In this document: positions 51,619 to 64,000 of the stretch, piece after piece | Layout: the number at the start of each line of letters is the position of its first letter | Numbering within the stretch: position 1 is the stretch's first letter | Source: Eledone cirrhosa | Taxonomy: Eukaryota | Length of the DNA stretch: 64,000 nucleotides | Reading direction: 5' to 3' | NCBI GenBank assembly: GCA_964016885.1 | Contig: OZ024742.1 | Span: 78,740,001-78,804,000, forward strand | Program-made: the position numbers and the translations under genes | Notes under the pieces: generated by a model | The model's input: the letters and a program-made list of their open reading frames with translations, nothing else | Database searches by the model: none | What the model was told of the DNA's origin: nothing

Positions 51619-54614
51619 TTGTATGCAAGATTGTACACATGAATACCAGTGTGTCTCTCTATGCATATATGGGAGAGTATGTTTCTTTCTCTCTCTCTCT
51701 CTCACATTCTGTACACACACATATATAATCATCATCATCACTATATATATATATACATCATCATCATCATCATCATCATAATCATCATCACTATCTTAGA
51801 TTCATTTCCATATTGGTATGAGTTGGAAAGGTTGACATATTCTGAGACTTGGCAGTTTGAATGACCACATCCTGCTCATATATTCCAGTTTGTAATGGTT
51901 TCTACAGCTGGATGTCCTTTTATATGCCAACCACTTTACAGCATGTGCATTTTAATGAGGCAGCATAACTACCACTTTACAGAATATACTGGGTGCATTC
52001 TATCAGGGCACTAACACTACCACTTTACAGATAGGTAGAGATAGAGGCTGTGATGGTATGAATGAAGATGGCAGCATGGCACACACGGCACTAGTGAAAC
52101 CAAAATAGAGTAGAGAGGATTTTTCATGTGTTTCAAGGTCACAACTACTGTAGTGTTAGTGATGTATGTAAGTCAGATGCTGGTGGCACAAAAAAATACA
52201 CCCATTACATTATGTAACATGAGTGGTGATAGTAAGGGCATCCAGCTATAAAGACCAAGCAAAAAGAGTTATGTAAATGTAAGACATATTCTCTGCTCTG
52301 TCTTAGATGGTAGCCACCCTGAATATAACCATAACATCCCATCCAACCAATCTGAGGATGGATAGATTGGTTGATTGATGGATGATGATGTACAGCTTCT
52401 GTGTACCCACACAACATACACCTGAATACATCCTATGCAAGTGCACTCATATTTGTGTGTGTACATATGCACATCTATTGACACAACCTTTATAAATGAA
52501 ATTCTGCTGAAAAAAACTTCACAGCATATTGATGAATTTATTGACAAATCATACAGCATATTGTTGGAGGGTGTCTACCATAGTTTGGGGCCTCGCTGTG
52601 ACACCCACTGTGCCACAGTATTTGTACCTGGGAATTATTTAAAACCCTCAAGAAACTGGATGTTGGCATAGTCAAGTCATTTAAAAGTTTGCTTCACAAT
52701 TATGTGGATCGGCCTTGATCCTACTGCATTGAGTCATGGACAAATTCTTAACATAACCTTAGGTTGACTCAAGTCATGTGAGTGAATGTTTGTAGAGAGA
52801 AATTGAATGGATAGTATTTATGAATCAAATCTTTGGCAAATATTGTCTTGCTGATTCTGTGTAAAGAATATGTTATGGGTGTAAGTAGTTTAGGCATACA
52901 CAAACACTTACTCTGTAAATTCCCTGAGTAATTAGAACAGTTGATTGAAAAACAGGATCACAAAATCCAATAGAGAATACCAAAATGATTATTATAGATT
53001 CTATGGTAAACAATTATTCCTAGAACCTACTCCATAGAGTCCATGCTATCCTATGTCCAAGCTTAAACTGATTCGATACTAAAAAATCATATCTGCTATC
53101 TAAATGGTTTAAGCTTGGATGCTGGGCATCACATCATATAATAATATATAATAATATCTACACTCTACTTTCTTTAAGTATGGAGCACTAAGTTGAATAA
53201 TGGCCTTAGTGGTCATAAATAGTAACATCTCATCTAAATATATACATCATCGTTTTAATGTCCACTTTCCCTGCTAGTATATATATATATATATACACAC
53301 ACACACATTTAGATGTACATTTATACACACATATGTATATATATATATACACACACACAAACACACTCACACATATACCGTGTTAAAAGTATTTTGGTAA
53401 TTTCATTTTACAAATTTTCCACTAAGTTATCCTATATTACAGTCTTACAAATATATAAACTATCTCCTTGTGATGCATACACATATGGACACACACACAC
53501 ACATGGACATACACATATGGACACACACCACACACATGAACATACACATATACACATATGGATATACACATATACACACACATGGACACACACACACTTC
53601 TTACAACTTCTTATAAATATAAGGAGAAAAATCTCAAGCAGTCAGTTTTTAGCCAGAGTAATTGACTGGATCAGAACCCACCCATTTACACACACACACC
53701 ACCACCACCGCTGCCATCACCAGAACCCACCTATTCATACACAAACTCATGTACACATACAGACACACACCACTGCTACCACCAACTCCACTAGCACCAG
53801 AACCCACCCATTCACACACACAACAACTAACGCACACATACGCTCACAAACATACACTCAAACACACGACCACCACCACCACCACCAAGCAGAGCTTTTA
53901 AAAAGTTTCCCAACAACATCTCTAAAACTGGTTATTTAAAGAACTTTATTAATAGCTCCTTAACTACTAACCTATTTGACTGCCACGAACAAGTCAAAAT
54001 CTTCATCAATATGTGATATCATCTAAGAAGTTTATACCACATTGCAAGACAGGCCAGTAAAACTCATACTTTACCAATTTTATCCTGTCAACTCAATTGT
54101 CTGGCTTTTTAATTGAACGTCTCCTCCAACATAGTGAAGTTATATGCACACACACATACACACACACACATATATACATACAAACAAACACACACATACA
54201 AACATACACACACACAAGTAGTGTATATGGGTATAATTATGTATTTATATGCATACACATACATACAAATATATACACACACACACACAAGTAGTATATA
54301 TATGGGTGTAATTGTATTTATATGTGCCCACATATACATAAATACATACACACACAAGTAGTGAATATATTTGTATAATTAAGTATTTATAGACCACACA
54401 CCATCATCCCCACCACAACAAGTGGTGTATATATTCAGATAAGTACAGGCTGAAGCAAACATATATTAACCCCCCTCCTATATACCTCCTTTGGGCACAG
54501 GCTGAAGCATAGATCTGCTATGTACAACCTTTACTTCATCCCACATCCTAACACTCTGTCCCTCACACATGCCCATATACCCAACTCCTTATACACCCTT
54601 CCCACCAAAATCCT

Positions 54615-54932
54615 CAGCCCACACTGTAAAGTGGTCGTGACAGTGACACAACAAAAATCACTCAGCCCACACAGTGAAGTAGTCATGTAGGTGTCACAAC
54701 AAAAAGCACCCAGCCCACACTGTAAAGTGGTTGTATAGGTGTCACAACAAAAAGCATCCAGTACTCACTGTAAATGTGGTTGGCATTAGGAAGGGCATCC
54801 AGCCATAGAAACCAAGCCAAAATAAGTTTTGTCTCAGCAAGACATGGCCAGCTGACCTTTACTTGCCTCAAATAGGACAACCTGTCTGACTCATGCTAGT
54901 GTGAAAAATGGACGTTAAACAGTGATTATGAT
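54615..54932 (+). mobile_element. RTE-tail-type non-autonomous element with repeated ~42-bp units
   Basis: CAGCCCACACTGTAAAGTGG-like unit repeated 3-4 times, then the TTAGGAAGGGCATCCAGC module. Confidence 0.8.
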
Positions 54933-54996
54933 TATATATATATATATAGATAGATAGATAAATATACACGGGTGTGTATGATTGTGTATAGAAGAT

Positions 54997-55496
<500 letters not shown>

Positions 55497-56199
55497 TATG
55501 TGTATAGTGTATATATGGATATAATTATGTACAGTGGCGGTGGTGGCGAGAATGATGACGTGCCTAAATGTGATATTTACTGATGTTTCCTTATCTTCCA
55601 AGTTCAAATCCTATCACAGTCAGCTTCGTGTTTCACTTTACAATGATTTTCAAGTCAGGGATTATATACAAATTTCAAACATCCTACACACGGTAGTGCT
55701 ACAGCTCAAGATAACCTCCACAGGCATCGACATGCTGATAGCTGAATCTATTTAAGATGTGTGCAAGGTAAAGTAACTATTCTACATGCTATCACTAAGA
55801 ATTCATAATTTACAAACATGTGGGCTTATGTGGAACAACTGCCATGATGTAGGTCAGATCCAGCTATCAGCCAAGTCTACGAGGTCAGCTGAAAAGTTCA
55901 TAGGCTCACGATGAAGGATTGATGCTAGAACTGTGAAATCTTGCATGCATTAATTTCAACTCATTTATAACTGCATTGTTTCTTTCCAGGGAATATGTTG
56001 AGAAATAAACCTCATTTGGTCATTGCAGGAGAGTATCTTGCTCAGCATATAAACTTTCAGCCAACCATCATATCGTAAAAATTGAACTGCCTCTTTCCTC
56101 TGGAAGTGAAACAGAATGAGTCTTTTTCTACCTAATGGCTGTATTGGATCTTTGGTATACCTTAATTAACTCTCAGTTGTGCTGACCATTAATGGGGAA

Positions 56200-56640
56200 G
56201 AATGTTGTTACCTTTCTTATATACGTTTCTCTGTTTGCCCATTTCTATGTAAAGTCTTTGCTAATTGTACTGTCCTTAATGTTTTGAGCCCCAAATATAT
56301 ATGTGTCAGTCCTGGGGTTTTGGCTATGCATTTATCTGTGTGTTTTCTTATCATTCCTAGAGCACATATTATTATAGGTATTGTTTCTGTTTTCATATTC
56401 CACATTTGAGTTATTTCTCTCTCTAGATCTTTATATTTGGAGAGTTTCTCTATTTCCTTGGAAGATATATTGTCATCTGTGGGGATAGATACATCTATTA
56501 GAAGGCATTTTTTTCTTTCTGGTCTTTGACTATAATATCTGGTCGGTTGGCCTTGATCTCTCTGTCTGTATGTATTGGCATATCCCAGAGAATGGTTGCC
56601 TTGTCATTCTCTGACACTTTTTCTGGTGTGTGTTTGTACC
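56200..56640 (-). mobile_element. R4/Dong-like non-LTR element, restriction-like endonuclease fragment
   Basis: ATILWDMPIHTDREIKANRPDIIVKD..KCLLIDVSIPTDDNISSKEIEKLSKYKDLEREITQMWNMKTETIPIIICALG, read across a probable frameshift. Confidence 0.82.
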
Positions 56641-56899
56641 ATCTTTTTTTTTTGTTGGTATTTCATAATGCTGGCATAATTTCCAGTGTATGAAAGTCCC
56701 AACTCTATCATGCCTGTGGATATATTCTTCTTCTTCTTCTTCTTCTTATTATTATTATTATGTGAAACTTCCTTTGAATTCTGCTTCCTTCCCAAATCAG
56801 GCAGAACATCATCCTTAACCTGAGGCAAAATTTGGTAATACACACATTTAATAATAAATTGGCATTCAAATGATACCATAAGGGCAGGATCAATGCAGT

Positions 56900-57860
56900 A
56901 AATGTTTTTTTAAGATATTTAAATTGATAATGCTCTTGTCAGGGCATGGCAGTGCCAGTCAACACTATTTTCTGTATCTCTTGCAGAACTGGCTTTCCAT
57001 ATATCTGGTACAAATATTGTTTCAGTTTCCTTTTTATTATTCCAAGAGTACTGACTATCACTGGTATTGTACTGGCCTTAAGATGCTACATTTTTTCAAT
57101 TGTTAGATATTTATATTTGTTGTCCTTTTGAAACTTTTTGCAGATGTTACAATCTGATGGAATGTTACAATCTTATGTCAATTATATCACAATTATATCA
57201 GGTCTGTTGACCTTGATTATTCTGTCAGTGTTTACAGGGAAATCCTACAGGATTGTAACATTCCTGCTTCCTGTTACTGCATCTGGGTGATACTTGTACC
57301 ATTTTTTCCTCAGTCTTTATGCCATAAAACCTGCATATTACCCAGCGTATACATTGCCCTACTCTATCAACTTGTTTTGTTTGAGTCAGTTATATTTCTG
57401 ATCACACTAGCTTGTAAATTGCATATTGAAAGTCTTGTGCAGCCAAAATCAGTTCTGCAACCACTGATGGATGAGAGTTGGATATACATCAGGTTCTTTG
57501 CTACAGAGAGAATACTGCCAATGCAGCAGTTTTTGCTCCCAATCAGTGCATAGTTTCCATTAGCCTTCATTTTTCACCCCAAAAATGTATGTTCTTTGCA
57601 GCTTTAATTACAGAATTACTATCATTTTCAAAATATATTCCCAATACTTCCACAAACTTCCTACTTTCCTTCGTGATTGAATGTAAATTCTTCTTCCTTT
57701 CATGATCTACAACCATTTTCAGCATTCAGTCATCTGTAGTTTTAAGGTATTTTGAGCATCCAATGGTTGATATTTTGCATGACAGCTCAAGCTGGATCAT
57801 GATAATGAAACTGTAGGTGACTACTGGGATTGCAAGAGCATTTATAGCAGACATTATATT
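56900..57860 (-). mobile_element. Second, older R4/Dong-like fragment
   Basis: NIMSAINALAIPVVTYSF near 57810-57860; VTIL*DFPVNTDRIIKVNRPDIIV near 57185-57260. Confidence 0.65.
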
Positions 57861-58381
57861 CTTCTTCTTATCATCATCATCATCATTAATTATGAATTAT
57901 TGTTATTATTATTATCCACATTATTATTGCTATTGTTCAAAAGCATAATTATTATTTTTATTGTTGGACTCTGCCCGACCCTCACAGGATTAAGTGGGCG
58001 AGGAAGAAGAAAAAGACAAGATTATTATTGTTGTCATTATTATCATTATCAAAATAAAGAATCCTGTATTATTTATTATTAATACCATTATTATTATCTT
58101 CATCGTTATCATTTTCATCTTTATTAAAATACAATTTGTTTTTTTTCCCTTCATTTGTTTGCCTCCTATTTAAATAATTTCAAATTTCAAGTTTTGAAAT
58201 AAAGCCAATGAATTGTTTTGCATGTTTTGCAGATTTTGCATACAAATTAGTTGAAACTTTCCAAACAATAACAACAGCCTTTGCAAACACAATCAGAGGA
58301 CCTGAGAGATTGCATACATATATGATACAGGCTCAACTGTGAAAACATACAGCTGCAATATTTTGAAACAAGTAATTTATA

Positions 58382-58625
58382 GACAACAGTGACAACAACA
58401 GTGACAACAACAACAATGACAACAACAACAGTGACAACAACAGTGACAACAACAACAGTGACAACAGTGACAACAACAACAATGACAACAACAGTGACAA
58501 CAACAGTGACAACAACAACAGTGACAACAACAGTGACAACAACAACGGTGACAACAACAATGACAACAACAGCAACAACAACAGTGACAACAACAGTGAC
58601 AATAACAACAAGAACAACAATAACA
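58382..58625. repeat. (GTG/ATG)(ACA)n compound microsatellite
   Basis: Directly visible. Confidence 0.92.
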
Positions 58626-59127
58626 AATCTTAGGCATTGTTGCAGTTGTGGTGGTGGGATGTTGTTATGGTCATGCCTTTTTTCAAAAAAATATTTGAGG
58701 ACTAAGCAAAGGGAAGCAGACTCAACATACAAGCCATTAGAAGGCGCCAGAATGTTTTATACTTTCAGACATTCTATACCTTTCAGCAATAAAATACACA
58801 CATGCATATATAGATATATATATATTTCAGGGTTCATATGGTGAATGATTTTCTGCACTAAATTCAACAAGGGATAATTGAAATTCTTAAATAATAAAAA
58901 TATATGTACAAACATACACACACACATATATATATACATACATATGTATATTTATGTACAAATACATTCATATATACATACACAATTGTGTGTGTATAAA
59001 TATATATATATAGAGAGAGATAGAGAGATACATATGTAAAATCTCAACTGCACCACCAAGCAGTTTCAGCACGTGTGTTCAGCAACTCTATACTTATATA
59101 TATATATATTCATATATATATATATGT

Positions 59128-59460
59128 GGTGAAGGCATATGACATAGTGGTTTGAGCATTGTAATTATGACGTTGTGTGTTTGATTCCCAGACTAGGTGA
59201 TGCATTGTGTCCTTGAGCAAGACGCTTTGTTTTTCATGCTCCTCCAGTTTACTCAGCTGTAGAAATGAGTTGTGATATCATTAGTGCTAAGCTATATGAG
59301 CCATTTCCTTTCGTTGGTGATATGGCGAAGGGAGACAGTATGCATGGGTAACTGCTGGTCTTCCACAAATACACCTTGCACGGACGGACATGTATCTCAG
59401 AGAACTTTCTAGGTGAAAAAATCCTGTGGTCATTCGTGACCGAAGGGTGCCGTTATCCTT
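59128..59460 (+). mobile_element. tRNA/CORE-like SINE with a different 3' half
   Basis: CTTGAGCAAGACGC...CCAGTTTACTCAGCTGTAGAAATGAG shared with family A; the tail is unrelated. Confidence 0.65.
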
Positions 59461-59673
59461 TATATGTATATATATTTTCAAGTAAATGAGAAATGGCAAT
59501 TTAAAGCTATACAGGGATATCCCCATCAATAAGGAAACCATGAGTCAAATGTACTTTTGATTCCAGAGTTAAGCCCAACTGATACGGATAATACCTTGAG
59601 CTGATAACTTGTGAAACATGTATCACACTCGAATAAACTTAATGGTAATAATTTGACACTTCATTCTAACTCC

Positions 59674-59862
59674 GGTGGATTGGCAGTATCGGTAGAGGGT
59701 CGGATGCCATGCTTTGTTGCATTGAGTTACGGCCCTTGCCATTCTGAGTTCAAATTCCGCCGAAGTTAACTTTGCCTTTCATCCTTACGGGGTCGATAAA
59801 ATAAAGTACTAGTAATGCACTGGGGTAATAGCTGGCCTTGTGCCAAAAGTAGAAACAATTAT
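59674..59862 (+). mobile_element. SINE family B
   Basis: GGTGGATTGGCAGTATCGG...GTTCAAATTC...AAAAGTAGAAACAATT. Confidence 0.88.
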
Positions 59863-61308
59863 TATTATATATTGATATATATATTCATATAGATATATAG
59901 ATATATATGGTTGCTAAGCAAAAGTGTTTTATCATATAGTGAAAAGATTTTTACATCTAGGAACTTCTGTTACACTGTAGCCCTAAAGGCAATATCCATT
60001 ATTACTATGCTTGCCTCAATTTGCTCCACAGACAACAGGTTAGCCTCATACCCCACTGAATCACCCTAACACACACCAAACCCCTGCATATTGGTTGAGT
60101 TGTCAGCAATAAGAAGGTCATTCAACTGTAAAAACACACTTGCTCCAATAACAGCAGTCTAAATTTGCAGAAACCATTGCAGCAAAGTTGGCACAGTAAA
60201 AATGGAGAGAATAAAAAAGAATATTACAGACATACATACACACACACTCATACACATACACACATACATACACACACACACACACACACATACATACATA
60301 CACACACGCATACACACACTCACACACATACAGACACACTCATACATACAGACACACTCATACACACACACATTCATATTTACAATGGTGTGAGTATTCA
60401 ATATATTCATATTGTACTTTAGTGAATATTATGTGTGTATCTGTGTGTATCTGTGTATGAGTGTCTATGAGCATATAACTCATAGACACACTCATACACT
60501 CATTCATGCTGCTCACGCATAGATACATATTACTATACACATACATAGCATTCTATAAATACACATTAACACACTCACACATAAGTAATTTGTTTCTTTA
60601 AATAAGATCTCACAGAAGCAAAGTCAAATATCATTTATAAACCCATATGTACACAATGCATATACATATATACAACGGGTTAAAATGATTCTTCAGATTG
60701 TGTCAAAAGACTCCACAACTTCTCCTCTGCACTTGATATGACCATAAGTAATAAGGATACAGACCTCTCGGTCTGACTGTGAGGTCAGTAGCCCCGCTTC
60801 AGTACTGACTTGGACTATGTAGACGCATCCAACCCTTTCTAGGAGGGGAAGCAGACATTAAATGATGATGATCATGATGATGATAATGACAATTATTTGA
60901 AAAAATTATAAATTCAAGCAGACATTCTCTGTTTGTATTCTTTCAAGTGATCTTCAACAAGTGAAATATTCTAAAATCTGTAGACACAGATATTAACATT
61001 TCAAAATATTACAGGCAAATATTAACATTTAGATATATATAAAAGATACAGGAGAGAATGTGAAGTTGAACATCAGCAGCAAGTATACAGATGGATTAGA
61101 TAAAAGGAATTTTATGTCATTTAATCAATTGAAGGAATCAGTACAAATGCATTAATAAACTAACGATGTATATGGCTTATTAACAAAAACGAATAGTGAA
61201 ATAAATTAATAATTACAACTATATATAAACTAGTAATAATAATCATCATGATAGTAATAGTAGTAATAAGAATAGTAATAAATAAACATAATTTTGATAA
61301 AACTAATT

Positions 61309-61387
<79 letters not shown>

Positions 61388-61391
<4 letters not shown>

Positions 61392-61790
61392 CACCCATCC
61401 ACCATCTGAGTGAGTTTCTTGGTCAGTGTCTAAGTCTCAGACCCGTACAGCAGCACAGACTCCACTACAACAATGAAGAGGCAAATTTTCAGGTCTTTAT
61501 GAAGGTCCGACTTCCACACCGACCTCAAGCTGTGGCACGCCGCCCAGGCTTTGCTCTTCCTCTCGACCACATCATCTTCGTATTCCCAATATTTGCTCCC
61601 AAATACAGGAAGTCCTCAACCAATTCTAGCGGCTTCCCGCCTACATTAGTGATCCCTTCTGGCTTCTCAACATTCTCTACCAGATATTTTGTTTTAGTTT
61701 TATTCATTCTCAGCCCCACACTCATCGACACTGTCTCAACCTCCCGCATCAAACCCTCTGCCTCCTTCACTGTATTTGTCACCAAAACTA
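61388..61790 (-). mobile_element. Fragment of a further RTE-group LINE family (no PHD insert)
   Basis: GLRMNKTKTKYL...LELVEDFLYLG; next frame VESVLLYGSET...MVDGCYT. Confidence 0.8.
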
Positions 61791-62694
61791 TGTGTGTGTG
61801 TGTGTATCATCACCATCATTATTACATAACAGTAAAACAGGTATTAAATGATGATGATATACATATGATATACATACATGTTAATCTACACATCACACAC
61901 ATTCTCACTAACACATGCATGAGTTCAAGTCAACATGTACAACCTATTCAAAAACATATTGCACACATGATTGACTATTCATCACACACACATACTCTCT
62001 TGCACACACACACTTTTTCTCCCCCTATAATACATAAACACACACACACACTTTTTCTCCCCCATCATACATAAACACACATACACACTTTTTCTCCCTC
62101 TATCACACATAAACACATACACACTTTTTCTCCCCCTATCATATATAAACACACAATCACACACACTTTCTCTCATACACACACACATACTCTTTCTCAC
62201 TCATACACACATGCTCATGCAGAAGACGCTGAACCTACACAGAAGCACACACACACACACACACACACATACATACATACACAGATATACTTTATCCGTT
62301 AGATATAAACGTTGGACACACATGATCAATGTTTAAACACACATGGACATGCCTACACACACATATTCAGATAAACTTGCACACAGATTCACCGAGTTAC
62401 CATTTCCACATTAATGTAGATGTATACATACACACATTCTCACACACAACATAGTTTATCTTCAACAAATAAAAATATGATGCACAACAGGTACAGTCTC
62501 GCTTGTTCTGCCTCTATCTATCTACCTACCTCACTCCCTCTCTCTATCTATCTGTCACACTCCATCGCTCTATCTATCTATCTATCTCACTCCCTCTCTC
62601 TACCTACCTATCTCACTCCCTCTATCTATCTATCTCACTCCCTCTCTCTACCTATCTATCTCACTCCCTCTCTCTACCTATCTACCTATCTATC

Positions 62695-64000
62695 TATCAC
62701 ACACACACAGCACATTACCTACACCCCATCTAGCCAACACTAACTCTACCTGTCTCTCTCTCACACACTCCCACAGCACATTACCATACACCCCATCTAG
62801 CCAACACTAACTCTACCTGTCTCTCTCTCTCACACTCCCACAGCACATGACCATACACCCCATCTAGCCAACACTAACTCTACCTGTCTCTCTCTCACAC
62901 ACTCCCACAGCACATTACCATACACCCCATCTAGCCAACACTAACTCTACCTGTCTCTCTCTCACACACTCCCACAGCACATTACCATACACCCCATCTA
63001 GCCAACACTAACTCTACCTGTCTCTCTCTCTCACACTCCCACAGCACATGACCATACACCCCATCTAGCCAACACTAACTCTACCTGTCTCTCTCACACA
63101 CTCCCACAGCACATTACCATACACCCCATCTAGCCAACACTAACTCTACCTGTCTCTCTCTCTCACACTCCCACAGCACATGACCATACACCCCATCTAG
63201 CCAACACTAACTCTACCTGTCTCTCTCTCTCACACTCCCACAGCACATGACCATACACCCCATCTAGCCAACACTAACTCTACCTGTCTCTCTCACACAC
63301 TCCCACAGCACATGACCATACACCCCATCTAGCCAACACTAACTCTACCTGTCTCTCTCACACACTCCCACAGCACATTACCATACACCCCATCTAGCCA
63401 ACACTAACTCTACCTGTCTCTCCCTCTCTCACACACTCCCACAGCACATGACCATACACCCCATCTAGCCAACACTAACTCTACCTGTCTCTCTCTCACA
63501 CACTCCCACAGCACATTACCATACACCCCATCTAGCCAACACTAACTCTACCTGTCTCTCTCTCACACACTCCCACAGCACATGACCATACACCCCATCT
63601 AGCCAACACTAACTCTACCTGTCTCTCTCTCACACACTCCCACAGCACATTACCATACACCCCATCTAGCCAACACTAACTCTACCTGTCTCTCTCTCAC
63701 ACACTCCCACAGCACATTACCATACACCCCATCTAGCCAACACTAACTCTACCTGTCTCTCCCTCTCTCACACACTCCCACAGCACATTACCATACACCC
63801 CATCTAGCTAACACTAACTCTACTTGTCTCTCTCTCTCACACTCCCACAGCACATGACCATACACCCCATCTAGCCAACACTAACTCTACCTGTCTCTCC
63901 CTCTCTCACACACTCCCACAGCACATTACCATACACCCCATCTAGCCAACACTAACTCTACCTGTCTCTCCCTCTCTCTCACACTCCCACAGCACATTAC
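62695..64000. repeat. ~60-bp minisatellite array, about 21 units, continuing past the window end
   Basis: Unit (CT)n(CA)nCTCCCACAGCACATKACCATACACCCCATCTAGCCAACACTAACTCTACCTGT. Confidence 0.97.

Noticed and set aside
53313-53939. 208-aa His/Thr-rich ORF
   Set aside because: Derived from (CA)n and (CAC)n repeats plus short direct repeats
58247-58844. Cys/His-rich metallothionein-like and Thr-rich mucin-like ORFs
   Set aside because: Several frames are open only because of a trinucleotide-based repeat; no splice or domain support
62695-64000. CRISPR-like array
   Set aside because: No unique spacers, no cas genes, eukaryotic context

Overview
Repeat-dominated, AT-rich eukaryotic (animal) DNA. 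I found no confidently supportable host gene. The very long (AT)n, (CA)n and (AG)n tracts, RTE LINEs with (ATG)n tails and tRNA-headed SINEs suggest an octopus or other cephalopod genome (inference). Recognisable contents: one apparently intact 1.3-kb DD37D (maT-type) Tc1/mariner transposon; a near full-length CR1-clade LINE; several RTE LINE fragments (one lineage with a PHD finger inside the RT region, another ending in three C2H2 fingers); R4/Dong-like RLE fragments; Penelope-like (PLE) remnants; two abundant SINE families; MITEs; and a ~60-bp minisatellite running off the right edge. The most notable signal is non-coding. About ten Type I hammerhead-ribozyme (HHR) motifs from several sequence families sit in short (AT)n-embedded elements, often with palindromic stem III and often arranged as inverted (fold-back) pairs. 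This points to a population of non-autonomous PLE/retrozyme-like elements. Most ORF-track entries are microsatellite translation artefacts. All pairings were worked out by eye; nothing was folded or searched computationally.
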